A program made the translations under genes and the position numbers. Below, in pieces: positions 9,433-19,526 of a DNA stretch of 64,000 bases. The notes under the pieces are model-generated. The model was not told the DNA's origin. It ran no database searches and saw nothing but the letters and a program-made list of their open reading frames with translations. Position 1 is the stretch's first letter; each line of letters opens with the position of its first letter. The stretch comes from a virus, in IMG/VR virus record IMGVR_UViG_3300020463_000013, positions 1-64,000 of that record. The stretch is one strand, 5' to 3'.

Positions 9433-10102
9433 TTTCAAATTTACGTTTTCTAGCTTCTGAGTCTTCAAAATATTGTTCATAATCATTAGGAAGATTATTT
9501 TTAGTAAGTTCTATAACATCTTGACTATTTTTAATTATGTTTATATACTCGTCAGTATCTCCACCTTCCCAAGGTGCTCCTAAACAAATTGTATACTTCC
9601 AATCATCAAATGTGTTTGTCATATAGTGCGGCCATCCCCCGTTCATTACAAATAAATTCCTATGATCAGCGGTTGGTTGAACATCATTATCCTTAGTAAC
9701 AAACGTAAGACTGTTAACTTCACCTTGTAGTACAACACGTAATTTATGTTGCCTTGTATTAAAGGACTGTTTACTACAGTCTATATGTACAGCAAGACTG
9801 TCGTTAGGCGGAGTCTTAAGCAAAATTATTCTACCCTTTTTATCTAACCAAGGAAATACTTTTTGTTCAAAAAAATCAATAGTATCTTTATCAGCATATT
9901 CAGTCCAATCCAGATCAGTTTTTCTATTATTTTGTGATCCTGATTTAGTTGTTGCTCCGCCAGGCGTGTACAACGGAAGCATTCTTACTTCTCTATAAGT
10001 ATCCCAAAACCACGTATCATCATTAATTTTTTTGTAGTGATCTAGCGATTGTTTATAGCTTTCAAAAACTATTGGTAATTTAGCGTATAAAATGTTATCC
10101 AT
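9419..10102 (-). CDS. Asp/Asn beta-hydroxylase-like Fe(II)/2OG oxygenase
   Basis: GRIILL...VHID...WPH; start moved to ATG 10102. Confidence 0.6.
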   Translation of the reverse strand: MDNILYAKLPIVFESYKQSLDHYKKINDDTWFWDTYREVRMLPLYTPGGATTKSGSQNNRKTDLDWTEYADKDTIDFFEQKVFPWLDKKGRIILLKTPPNDSLAVHIDCSKQSFNTRQHKLRVVLQGEVNSLTFVTKDNDVQPTADHRNLFVMNGGWPHYMTNTFDDWKYTICLGAPWEGGDTDEYINIIKNSQDVIELTKNNLPNDYEQYFEDSEARKRKFENETA

Positions 10103-10131
10103 AAAATATTTAGCGACTCTCAATTTATTTA

Positions 10132-10160
10132 ATTATAACAAAGGCATGTGTCAAAGTCAA
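10132..10160 (-). promoter_or_regulatory. sigma70-type promoter with extended -10
   Basis: Minus strand TTGACT-N17-TATAAT with TG before the -10. Confidence 0.7.
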
Positions 10161-11740
10161 CCTATATCTGCATATCTTTTACTAAAATCTGTATGATCTA
10201 AGGCAAAAAAGTACACGTCTGGTGATACGTAGCAATTATGTTTTTCACTATAAATGCCAAAAATCTTAGTATCTAATATGTGACTTGCTTCAACTTTCAT
10301 ATGGTTGTGTATATTCTTACATACTGTTTCATTTAGTAGAGAGAAATCATTTTCTGCGGCACTTTTTTTATAAACTTCTGTAAAAGCAAAACACGTAAGG
10401 ATGTCTGCTAAATCTTGTTCACCGCTTCCTGTTACAATATTAGATTTGGACCATCCTGGTATTCCATTATCAATAGAATTGTGTATGCCTTCTATTGTTG
10501 AGAACTCTTCCTTAGTTTCGTTTAAAATAGTTAGAGGTTCAAATTTGACTTTATACTTTTCCTGGTATTCAACATTAGACGCAGGACTATTAGGAATAAG
10601 TTCCCAAAAGAAACATATAATCCATTTGATGCCAGCCTTCTTAAATTCAAGCATCTGATTAAATTGTTTTTCAATAGTTTGACCAGGTAAGCCTACTATT
10701 ATTTCTGCTACAATATTGATATCTGGATTTTTTTGATTAAACTCTTTTAACAATGTTTTTTGTTCTTCCCAGGGTATTTCTGGTCTGTCAATATTTTCAA
10801 GCACATCTTCATGTATATCTTGTAAAGATATTTTGATGTTGTTAGGTCTTGAGTGTGTGCTGTTTACCATTAGATCGAACATCTTAAACACTCTGTCTTT
10901 GTGTAGTTTGGCCAAGTTAGAGATAAAAAATCTCCCCCTGTTTACAGCATATTCTGTAATTTCTATATCTTCTTCATATATTCCCCAATTAGCATCAGTG
11001 GGCACAACCATTACAGGCAGTGTAAATAGGAAGTCTAATTCTTCTTTCCAACTTGATTTTTTACGTTTGACTTTATGATGTAGTCCACTAGACCAATCGC
11101 AGAAACTACATTTGTACGGACAACCTCTAGCACGTTCCCAACGTAGTTGTAAAAATTTTACATCTGTGTTATTTTTTACTTCTTCTACATGCTTTTTAAT
11201 TATATCTTTTTCGCTCATTATAGAACTTATTTTATTGTATTCTTTGTCATAAAATATTTTATGAGGATAAACTTTATCTTTAGTAACAGTGTTTACTCCA
11301 TTTTGTATCTCACTGTTGTCAAGTATGCTATCTAAAATTTTAGCAAATGCTTCTTCTCCATCACCGTATACAGCATAATCAATGTAATTATGCTCTTTAA
11401 AATATTTCTTGTCTGTCAAAGCAACAATATCAGGACCTCCAACAATTATTTTAATATTAGGATTTTTTTGTTTTACTTTTTTAGCAACCTGATATGTAAA
11501 ATCGCTGTTCCAAACAAATACAGATAAACACAGAATATTAATTTTTTCTTTTGTTATTATTTCTGTTATTTGATCAACAGTGTAGAAAGGTTGCCATAGT
11601 TGATCTGTCCATTCAATCCTATCATGATTGATGGCATTAACATATCGATAATAAGATTTAAGCATCCAATAATTTGGATTAATGCTTATAAAATTAATAT
11701 ATTTCGATGTAAGGTATAAATTTACAAACTTTAGTTTCAT
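10157..11740 (-). CDS. B12-binding-domain radical SAM protein (paralogue of 4182-6104)
   Basis: FVWN...IVGGP...DGEE; ERARGCPYKCSFCDW. Confidence 0.85.
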   Translation of the reverse strand: MKLKFVNLYLTSKYINFISINPNYWMLKSYYRYVNAINHDRIEWTDQLWQPFYTVDQITEIITKEKINILCLSVFVWNSDFTYQVAKKVKQKNPNIKIIVGGPDIVALTDKKYFKEHNYIDYAVYGDGEEAFAKILDSILDNSEIQNGVNTVTKDKVYPHKIFYDKEYNKISSIMSEKDIIKKHVEEVKNNTDVKFLQLRWERARGCPYKCSFCDWSSGLHHKVKRKKSSWKEELDFLFTLPVMVVPTDANWGIYEEDIEITEYAVNRGRFFISNLAKLHKDRVFKMFDLMVNSTHSRPNNIKISLQDIHEDVLENIDRPEIPWEEQKTLLKEFNQKNPDINIVAEIIVGLPGQTIEKQFNQMLEFKKAGIKWIICFFWELIPNSPASNVEYQEKYKVKFEPLTILNETKEEFSTIEGIHNSIDNGIPGWSKSNIVTGSGEQDLADILTCFAFTEVYKKSAAENDFSLLNETVCKNIHNHMKVEASHILDTKIFGIYSEKHNCYVSPDVYFFALDHTDFSKRYADIG

Positions 11741-11764
11741 TGCTTGCGTATTTATTCGTCACTA

Positions 11765-12475
11765 TTATCTATACTTCAAATGGCTGAGTATTCTATTGAC
11801 GTTTAACCAATCTTTTCTAACATTCATTACAACCATATCACAAGCATCTTGTTGTGCATGTAACCGATGAGACTTACGTGTGTCTACATAATATACATGA
11901 TTAGGCAACGCATCTACTCGTTGTCCATTTACTTCCCATGCTAACCCGTCAAGATTAGCCTCGCCTAAAAAGGCGATAAGTCTAATAGTATCTCTCTTTA
12001 AATACATGTGGTCTCTATGCCAAGGATAAAATCCTCCAGCATTTAATCTAATAAAAAAAGACCTACCCATATCATAATAATCAAAAACAGATTTCATACA
12101 AGTAAATTTATTAGCAGCTTCAGTTGGAAAGCTGAATTCATATTCTCTTGGTTTGTATCCTAGTTTAGCATGAATGTGCGATAAGCCTGTAACACTTGTT
12201 GGATCATCACCTTCTAAACCGTATAGCAAAACTGATTCGCGATTGTTCATTATTCCTTCTCTAGGTTGAAAAGGTGTAAACCAGTCATTGTCTAAAAAAT
12301 GTTTGACATTGGTTTGGTATTCTTTTTGATCTATAGAGAAGTCTAACGGTTCCCAATCACCTATCACTTGTAATTGTAACTCACAAGCTATATCCTCTTC
12401 GCTTGGATATAACTTATCTGTAATTTGATCATAGATAGCAGGAACATCAGATATTGCATATTTTGGATCGGCCAT
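11765..12475 (-). CDS. Asp/Asn beta-hydroxylase-like Fe(II)/2OG oxygenase
   Basis: GRSFFIRLNAGGFYPWHRD...DTRKSH. Confidence 0.65.
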   Translation of the reverse strand: MADPKYAISDVPAIYDQITDKLYPSEEDIACELQLQVIGDWEPLDFSIDQKEYQTNVKHFLDNDWFTPFQPREGIMNNRESVLLYGLEGDDPTSVTGLSHIHAKLGYKPREYEFSFPTEAANKFTCMKSVFDYYDMGRSFFIRLNAGGFYPWHRDHMYLKRDTIRLIAFLGEANLDGLAWEVNGQRVDALPNHVYYVDTRKSHRLHAQQDACDMVVMNVRKDWLNVNRILSHLKYR

Positions 12476-12487
12476 TAATTTTTCCTG

Positions 12488-12516
12488 TTGACATTTTTAT
12501 GTATTTGTGTTAATGT
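12488..12516 (+). promoter_or_regulatory. sigma70-type promoter in divergent intergenic region
   Basis: TTGACA-N17-TAATGT with TG extension. Confidence 0.5.
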
Positions 12517-12564
12517 ATTTACACAGTGAAGTCAAGACCATGACTAATCACGAGCTGTGTAAAT
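12517..12564. repeat. nested inverted repeat / long hairpin
   Basis: ATTTACACAG (12517-26) / CTGTGTAAAT (12555-64) with inner AGTCA / TGACT stem. Confidence 0.7.
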
Positions 12565-12585
12565 TAAATATGCTGTAGGAATTAA

Positions 12586-13425
12586 ATGATTAACATTGTT
12601 GTGACAAGTAAACCAGTTGATGGACTTTTGTATTACAGTTACGAATATTGTGACTTACTAAACAAAGCTGGTTATCCTGCACAGGTTGTAATAGTAAGAC
12701 ATAGAAATTTTAGCGAAGAACAATACATAGAGGCTATCAAAACAAAATACACAACCTATGAGAATGTATTCATTGATAGTTATATTGATCACATCGACGA
12801 ATCTACACTGATACTAGGGCGTAGTATGATGACACTTAGTTGGCAAAGTTTCAACGACTACAACGAAATACAACAAGAAACACTTAAACAACTGTTTGGT
12901 GGAAAAGTAATCAGCGTATACTCAGAAAATCATCCAACGCTTTATCCTAAAGCATTAGAATTTTACAAGCCTCAACAAGTAGTTGATCTATGCGACACTG
13001 AAGTGTATCCTAACGGTGTAGGAGATCACTTTGAAAAACGTATAAATTTTGAAATTTATAAACCTCATGTAGATGATATTCAATTTAAATATTTGTTTTT
13101 TGGAACTAACGACAAATATTATGCGGCAGCAGAAAAGGCACTTGCAAATTTTCCTGATTATGGCATCTTGACATATGACGCAAAGTATGTTAATATAAAC
13201 TATAATAATGTATTTGTGCCAGTTAAAAATGTGTTAGGCATTTTTGATACATACATATACACAAAGGAGACTTTTGATCCTGCGCCAAGAATTATACAAG
13301 AATGTAAATACTTTAACAAGGATATGATTTATCTTAGAGACAAAGATATTGTTGATGGCGGAAGTGTGTATTGGAATAGAAATATCGAAAAGCCAGATAT
13401 TTCACCTATAGTGAGAGCGTTATGA
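12586..13425 (+). CDS. hypothetical protein, possible GT-B glycosyltransferase
   Basis: C-terminal ETFDPAPRIIQEC loosely resembles the GT-B donor-binding motif. Confidence 0.4.
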   Translation: MINIVVTSKPVDGLLYYSYEYCDLLNKAGYPAQVVIVRHRNFSEEQYIEAIKTKYTTYENVFIDSYIDHIDESTLILGRSMMTLSWQSFNDYNEIQQETLKQLFGGKVISVYSENHPTLYPKALEFYKPQQVVDLCDTEVYPNGVGDHFEKRINFEIYKPHVDDIQFKYLFFGTNDKYYAAAEKALANFPDYGILTYDAKYVNINYNNVFVPVKNVLGIFDTYIYTKETFDPAPRIIQECKYFNKDMIYLRDKDIVDGGSVYWNRNIEKPDISPIVRAL

Positions 13426-13889
13426 AGAAATATTTAGACCATCGCTCGGAGTGCATGAAAGATAAAAGTGTTAAAACATGGATAAAACTTTATAGGCATT
13501 TCCAAAATATGGAACAATCATTAGTAAGGATACAAAGTTTTAATGAAGACGAACTTTGTTTTGAAATGGAAGATATACAAGGATTTTGTTTGAACGATAA
13601 TGAACGTATTGCACAATTGACAAGGAAACAAAAAAGAGATATTATTTCACAAGTAATATGTTTGTGGGGTAAAATGCAAACTTGGACAGTGCCTACTGAT
13701 GTTCACTATATTTTTATGCATCGTGATTTTTGTATTAACAATCTTATGTATGATGAATTTAATTCTATAGTAAAACTAGTAGATCCAGATTCATTTGCTA
13801 TGACACCTCCTGCACTAGGGGGGAGTGCTATCTATCATGGACCTTTTATTGATACGCTATATATAATGAAACTATGGGAAAGACTATGA
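13422..13889 (+). CDS. small kinase-like protein (APH/protein kinase fold)
   Basis: HRDFCINNLM catalytic loop and VKLVDPD. Confidence 0.55.
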   Translation: MKKYLDHRSECMKDKSVKTWIKLYRHFQNMEQSLVRIQSFNEDELCFEMEDIQGFCLNDNERIAQLTRKQKRDIISQVICLWGKMQTWTVPTDVHYIFMHRDFCINNLMYDEFNSIVKLVDPDSFAMTPPALGGSAIYHGPFIDTLYIMKLWERL

Positions 13890-14236
13890 AAATAAAACCT
13901 AAATGTTTAGCGTTTAACACAAGAGACAACAAAGGAGCCGCATATACTTCAGATGGATTTATGCTCCCTTGTTGTTGGATGGACGATCCTCCTGTGTATA
14001 GATATGTCAAAGCATGCGGTCTAAAAGATGAAGAACTACTTTTGTCAAACAATAAAAGTTTAGATGATATTTTTACATCAGATCAATGGGAAAACTTTTT
14101 TCAAACTTTACTAAACAATCCTGAAAGTGCTTCATATATGTGTAAAAAGAAATGTGGAGTAGATATAGATAAGGATAAAGTAAGAGAAGAGGAACGCAAA
14201 GAAGTCAAGGAGCAAGCAAATGGCGCGGATTACTGA
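13886..14236 (+). CDS. stand-alone SPASM/Twitch-like Fe-S domain protein
   Basis: PKC...DGFMLPCCW...CKKKC; ATGA overlap at 13886. Confidence 0.65.
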   Translation: MKIKPKCLAFNTRDNKGAAYTSDGFMLPCCWMDDPPVYRYVKACGLKDEELLLSNNKSLDDIFTSDQWENFFQTLLNNPESASYMCKKKCGVDIDKDKVREEERKEVKEQANGADY

Positions 14237-15008
14237 TGATTATGTAGTCATGCAAAAACGTTGTCGTCCTAATATTGACGCTTCTCATAGATGTATTTTT
14301 AGATGTCCTCAATGTATTAGGCAAAAGACTTCTAGTCAGGAACAAATTCGCAGGAGTTTTGATCTAGAAGAAGATCAATTTAAAAAAATATTAGATTATT
14401 ATGATTTTGGAATAACTTTTTGCGGACAAATTTCAGATCCTATATATCATCCAAAATTTTTAGACTTATTAAAAATGTGTGATGGACAAGGAAAAGCAGT
14501 ACGAATAGCTACAGTTGGTAGCGGCAAAAAAGACGAATGGTGGGAAGAAGCATATAGTTATGGTGTAGGAGAAAATGCTTGGTACTTCGGAGTTGATGGC
14601 ATTGATGAAAAAAGTGAACTTTACCGTATTGGGTCAAAGTTTACTGATGTTTGGCAACGTATGAAGCAAGGTAGAGACGCAGGACACACTATTGTTTGGC
14701 AATATATTATTTTTGGTTATAACGAACACGAAGTTGACGAAGCTATTGAAATAGCAAAACAAGAAGATTTTGCTTTACTATTAGTTAATACTAATAGAGG
14801 ATTTAATCCTGATAGTCCATTGCTAAGGAAAAATGTAAACTTTAAACTTACATCACCAGATAAAAAACATTTACAAGAAAGAGTAAAAAAAGAATATTGG
14901 GGACATAAGTCCGAAGCGTTAGAAAGATGGCACAGATTTGGTTCTAAACGTCATACAAAGTTTGGATCGCCTGCGATCGATCCTATAAAGGATTACAAAA
15001 ATGTTTAA
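14220..15008 (+). CDS. radical SAM protein (core only)
   Basis: CIFRCPQC, CGQISDP, FGVDG, WQYIIFGYNEH. Confidence 0.85.
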   Translation: MARITDDYVVMQKRCRPNIDASHRCIFRCPQCIRQKTSSQEQIRRSFDLEEDQFKKILDYYDFGITFCGQISDPIYHPKFLDLLKMCDGQGKAVRIATVGSGKKDEWWEEAYSYGVGENAWYFGVDGIDEKSELYRIGSKFTDVWQRMKQGRDAGHTIVWQYIIFGYNEHEVDEAIEIAKQEDFALLLVNTNRGFNPDSPLLRKNVNFKLTSPDKKHLQERVKKEYWGHKSEALERWHRFGSKRHTKFGSPAIDPIKDYKNV

Positions 15009-15756
15009 CCAAGATTTAATAGGATCAGAATTCGCAGATGTTACTGTCAAATGGGATGGCGGCAATGATACAAATAAATTTTATTTTCAGAAAAAAAGAG
15101 AACTAGGACTTAGTTGGTATTACTTTGATAAAAAAATTACTTACAAGTATAATAAAAATGGATTTAGAGCACCAGAATTTGACACTATAGACTGGGCAAA
15201 CAGCATAGTGGTTATAGGTTGTAGCAACATATGTGGTATAGCAAACTTAATTGAAGATTCGGTGCCTAGTGTACTACAAGACATTACAGGCATACCTACT
15301 GTAAATTTAGGAATAAGTGGATCTGCTATAGATCATGCTTGCTGGAATAGTTTAGTACTACATGAACACTATCCTCATCCTAAGGCAATAGTTCAATGTT
15401 GGTCAAGCACACGTAGATACACAGACTTCTTACCAGTAGGACAGGTAAATGCAACTTATCCTATTTTTGGCGACAGTATGTGTCCCAGTAATGTGCAACC
15501 ATGGAAGGCGCATTATTGTGTGAAGCACAGTTGGGAATTAAGATCTAAGTTTTATGTCCACGCAGATAGAGTGCTATGGAAAAATAAAACAGCATATTTT
15601 GAATCAACTTTTTTTCCGCATAGTGCAGAACAGTTAGAAGTTCCTTTAGTCGAAGAGGTAGACAAAGGAAGAGATTGCAATCATCCAGGATACAAATCAT
15701 GTAGATTAATGGCCGAATTGATTGCAGATAATTTAGCAAAGCAAGGTGTAAAATGA
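15001..15756 (+). CDS. SGNH/GDSL-like protein
   Basis: IGCS, NLGISGS, DCNHPG. Confidence 0.6.
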   Translation: MFNQDLIGSEFADVTVKWDGGNDTNKFYFQKKRELGLSWYYFDKKITYKYNKNGFRAPEFDTIDWANSIVVIGCSNICGIANLIEDSVPSVLQDITGIPTVNLGISGSAIDHACWNSLVLHEHYPHPKAIVQCWSSTRRYTDFLPVGQVNATYPIFGDSMCPSNVQPWKAHYCVKHSWELRSKFYVHADRVLWKNKTAYFESTFFPHSAEQLEVPLVEEVDKGRDCNHPGYKSCRLMAELIADNLAKQGVK

Positions 15757-16832
15757 TATCATACGACGGTTGGGATAGAGAATACCAAGAAAATAGATCA
15801 GCGTACTTAGACATATTTGACGGTTTTATGTCTCAGTTAAATTATGAAAACAATGAAGAATTTGAAAACAATTTTGCAAGACGTATAGGAAAAAATTATT
15901 GTGTAAGTGTTGCTAGTGCTACAGATGCACTTCATTTTGCATTACTAGCTCACAACATAGGTTTTGAAGACGAAGTGTTAGTAACTGATTTTAGTTGGAT
16001 AAGCAGTAGTGCTGTTGTGAGTCTAGTTGGAGCTACTCCTGTTTTTTGCGATATAGATCTTGATAGCTACCATATGTCTCTTGAAAGTATAAAACGTATG
16101 TATTCGGATAAGGTAAAAGCAATTATATATCCACACTTGTTTGGTAACATGACTGATACTTCTGAAATCCGGCAATTCTGTAAGCAACATAATATTCTGT
16201 TTATTGAAGATGCTGCACAAAGTCTTGGTAGTAGTCTACACGGTAATAAAGCAGGTACTATCGGCGATATAAGTGTGTATAGTTTTAACAGCAACAAAGT
16301 CATAGCAGGTGTGAATGGCGGTGGAGTAGTGCTAACTGATAATGAAGATGTTGCGAAGCGTATAAAGATGATACGGAGACATGGTAAAGACAAAGACTTT
16401 AGTATGTTAGGTTATAACAGCCGCATGTACGTATTAAATGCTTTAGTAATAAATCAAAGATTGAAACATGCAGATAGAAATCAAGAGCGTAGACAATCTA
16501 TAGCAAATACATATAACAATGCCTTTGATGGATTGCCATTGATAACACAAAAAATGTCTAACGGCCTAAACCATAATTATCACAAGTATGTTGTGCGTTT
16601 TGAGGATAAAGATACTAGAAAGCGTGTGAAAGATGCTTTAAAAGCTTCTATACACTACGAAACACCTTTGAGCCGTAATACTATGTATAATGACATATAC
16701 TACCGCAGTGACGCTTGTACAGCTAGTAATCATGCTTCTAGGACTGTATTATCGTTGCCAATACACGCTTGGCTTCAACAAGATGAAGTGCAGAGTGTTA
16801 TAGGTACAGTCAAAGATGCTATACAAAAATAA
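15753..16832 (+). CDS. DegT/DnrJ/EryC1/StrS PLP aminotransferase
   Basis: SATDAL, GATPVFCD, IEDAAQSLG, SFNSNK (PLP lysine), GYNSRM, LSLP. Confidence 0.9.
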   Translation: MISYDGWDREYQENRSAYLDIFDGFMSQLNYENNEEFENNFARRIGKNYCVSVASATDALHFALLAHNIGFEDEVLVTDFSWISSSAVVSLVGATPVFCDIDLDSYHMSLESIKRMYSDKVKAIIYPHLFGNMTDTSEIRQFCKQHNILFIEDAAQSLGSSLHGNKAGTIGDISVYSFNSNKVIAGVNGGGVVLTDNEDVAKRIKMIRRHGKDKDFSMLGYNSRMYVLNALVINQRLKHADRNQERRQSIANTYNNAFDGLPLITQKMSNGLNHNYHKYVVRFEDKDTRKRVKDALKASIHYETPLSRNTMYNDIYYRSDACTASNHASRTVLSLPIHAWLQQDEVQSVIGTVKDAIQK

Positions 16833-17469
16833 ATTTGGTACTGTAAACATTTTGCAGGACGAAGTATTTTATAATAACAAGACAATAGGCATTTCTATGT
16901 CAGGAGGAGCAGATAGCACAATGCTGTGCTATTTACTAGCAAATACAATACAATCACGGAATCTAAATATAGAAATACAACCTTACAATGGATATGATAT
17001 TTCAGTGCCTGCTGACTCAGCTGGCCTTCCTAATATTATTTCTTTTATACAAAACAAGTTTCCTAGTGTAAAGTTACATTGGCCTATTGCTTGTGTATAT
17101 GAGACAAAAGGTGCTGATATAAAAAATACATACATACGTCCTTTAATAGAAAGATTGTGTGAAAATAAAATAGTAGACGAAGTCATACAGGCAGTCTGTC
17201 TTGGTCCTCCAAAAGATGTGCAAGAAGGATTTGTTGGAGAAGACTATTTCCGTAGGCCAGGGTATGCTCTATGGGAAGAAGTTGCCGAAGCAAAAAACCA
17301 TGCACCTTTTGTAAATGTAGATAAAAGATTTATAGCACAATCGTATATAGATTTAAACATATTAGAACTTTTAGACTATACTAATTCGTGCGTCAGGCCA
17401 GGAGGAGATTGTGGCAAGTGTTGGTGGTGTCAAGAACGTGCATGGGCTATACAAGAAGCAAATAAGTAA
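16816..17469 (+). CDS. QueC-like PP-loop ATPase
   Basis: SGGADST and C-terminal SC...CGKCWWC. Confidence 0.7.
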   Translation: MLYKNKFGTVNILQDEVFYNNKTIGISMSGGADSTMLCYLLANTIQSRNLNIEIQPYNGYDISVPADSAGLPNIISFIQNKFPSVKLHWPIACVYETKGADIKNTYIRPLIERLCENKIVDEVIQAVCLGPPKDVQEGFVGEDYFRRPGYALWEEVAEAKNHAPFVNVDKRFIAQSYIDLNILELLDYTNSCVRPGGDCGKCWWCQERAWAIQEANK

Positions 17470-17475
17470 AGTAAC

Positions 17476-18828
17476 ATGACAGATAAATTAGCTAAACATA
17501 TTACAAAAGGTGGCCCAGGAGATGCTTATCTAGGAGATGGAAAAGTAGACACTAGTTCTTGGTTTCAAGAATTTCCTTTGTTAGAAGATCAAATTAGAAA
17601 TCAAGATATATGGTTTTGTAGTGCGCCTTTCCAATTATTGTATACCAGTACAAGAGGTGAACTCCAGCCTTGCTCTTGGGCTATAGAAGGATACGGACCA
17701 AATATAAAAGATGTGAAACTTACCGATTATTTTACGCACGACGAAACACTTAACAAAATGCGTAAAGAAATGACTACTCCTGGTAGCGATTTAGAAACTT
17801 GCAAAACAATCTGTAAAAACTGTTTGTATCAAGAAGCAGAATATGGAAGATCGAGACGGCAAGCCTCACTCAAAATACAAACTAACGACAGGGGTATATG
17901 GCCTGGTATTAGAAATGCAGTTGATGTATACAAAAAAACAGGCAAAGGCAGAATTACAGAAAGAATATTTGAAGTACAAGTAAAAGCCTTTGGCAATCAA
18001 TGTAATCTTGATTGCTATATGTGTATACCTTATGATTCTAGCACAAGACTAAAAACAATTCATTCGAAAGACTTACAGCAAGAAAACATATTTTCTGAAT
18101 ATGCTAAAACACCTATTCAAAATTTTAAAAAAGACAAGCTCGAAGATGTAATTGATCAAATTGTTGCTGTAGCTCCCTATATACGTAACCTAAAATTTAT
18201 TGGCGGCGAACCACTGGTGATGAAACAGTTTTATGATTTATTAGAAAAAATAGTGGCTACAGGATATGCTGATGGTATGTTTGTTAAATATCAAACAAAC
18301 ATGACTGTGCTTGAATTTGAAAAAATAAAACTTACAAAGTTTATTCCAGAATTTGAATTGTTTGAATTTACTATATCACTTGACGGAATGGGAAAATGGA
18401 ACGATTATATTAGACGTAGATCTAGTTGGGAAAATATTTCAGAAAACATTAATACTGTGTTAAAATATCCTAATGTTAGAGTAAATATTAATGGAACAAT
18501 TTCTTTTTTAAGTGTGTTAAGGTTTTATAAACTAATAGAATGGTTTGAACAAAATGATGACAGACTTGAACAAGTAAATTGGTCAAACATAAGAGGACCA
18601 GCTAAATTGTGTGCAAATGTGTTACCTGAAAAAATAAAACAAAAACTTATTCCATTATACAGTAATTTTCCAGATATTGTAAATGTTTTAAAACAAGATT
18701 CGGGTGGAATCGATTATCAGGACACTTTAAAATATTTGTTAATGATAGATAATCATTACAGAGGAACAAAATGGGAGATGGAACTGTTTGACGTGTTTCC
18801 AGAACTAGAGGAGCATTACAATGAGTAA
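17476..18828 (+). CDS. radical SAM protein with N-terminal Twitch/SPASM-like domain
   Basis: CSAPF...PCS...CKNC, then CNLDCYMC, GGEP, SLDG. Confidence 0.85.
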   Translation: MTDKLAKHITKGGPGDAYLGDGKVDTSSWFQEFPLLEDQIRNQDIWFCSAPFQLLYTSTRGELQPCSWAIEGYGPNIKDVKLTDYFTHDETLNKMRKEMTTPGSDLETCKTICKNCLYQEAEYGRSRRQASLKIQTNDRGIWPGIRNAVDVYKKTGKGRITERIFEVQVKAFGNQCNLDCYMCIPYDSSTRLKTIHSKDLQQENIFSEYAKTPIQNFKKDKLEDVIDQIVAVAPYIRNLKFIGGEPLVMKQFYDLLEKIVATGYADGMFVKYQTNMTVLEFEKIKLTKFIPEFELFEFTISLDGMGKWNDYIRRRSSWENISENINTVLKYPNVRVNINGTISFLSVLRFYKLIEWFEQNDDRLEQVNWSNIRGPAKLCANVLPEKIKQKLIPLYSNFPDIVNVLKQDSGGIDYQDTLKYLLMIDNHYRGTKWEMELFDVFPELEEHYNE

Positions 18829-19525
18829 AATGGAGAAAAAACTTTTAAAGCTGTTAGATAGTAGAAAGCATGTGTGGGGGTTTGATACAGAAAATATTCC
18901 AGAACAAAGCCTAGTGAACGAATGCTTAACTAAAGCATGGAAAGTTACACCATCAAAAAATAATTTTATGCCCTATCATGTAAATGTAATAGGGCCTGGT
19001 CCTGAAAATCAAATACTAAAAGATAAGATACATGGGCTATCAAAACTAAACAAGAGAAGAACAAATATAAGGCACAATGTAAACAACATCGAAAATTACG
19101 ACGAAGACGGAAGTAATCCTAATTTTTTATTCTACAATACAGCTCCTTATGTTTTAATTTTTAGTCAGAGAGCTGCCAAACCTAATCCGTTTATAGAACA
19201 AACTATTGTACATCTAAATGACATATATGAACAGATGCATGAAGATCTGTTCGATGATATTGCAGGCACTACCTGTATTGAAATTGGTATGTTTATGCAG
19301 AATGCTACTGCGTTCTTGTTGGAAAAAGGAATAGATACTACTTACATAAAATGTTATCCATTTGAATATTCGCTTTGGAAGCCAGATTTTCCTTTTTTAG
19401 GTGGACCTGTTATGCTTATTGCAGGATTAGGATATAGCAAATCATCAAGGAGAGAGGGTATGAACGAAAAACAATCCAAAATGGATTATAAGCCAGAACC
19501 AGAAGAGATAATAAAGTATATATAA
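18821..19525 (+). CDS. nitroreductase-family flavoprotein
   Basis: SRKHV, AWKVTPSKNNFMPY, APYVL, LGY. Confidence 0.65.
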   Translation: MSKMEKKLLKLLDSRKHVWGFDTENIPEQSLVNECLTKAWKVTPSKNNFMPYHVNVIGPGPENQILKDKIHGLSKLNKRRTNIRHNVNNIENYDEDGSNPNFLFYNTAPYVLIFSQRAAKPNPFIEQTIVHLNDIYEQMHEDLFDDIAGTTCIEIGMFMQNATAFLLEKGIDTTYIKCYPFEYSLWKPDFPFLGGPVMLIAGLGYSKSSRREGMNEKQSKMDYKPEPEEIIKYI

Positions 19526-19526
19526 A

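Noticed and set aside
12540-12578. 12-codon ORF MTNHELCKLNML as RiPP precursor or leader peptide
   Set aside because: No SD, lies within the inverted repeat, and an ORF this short is expected by chance
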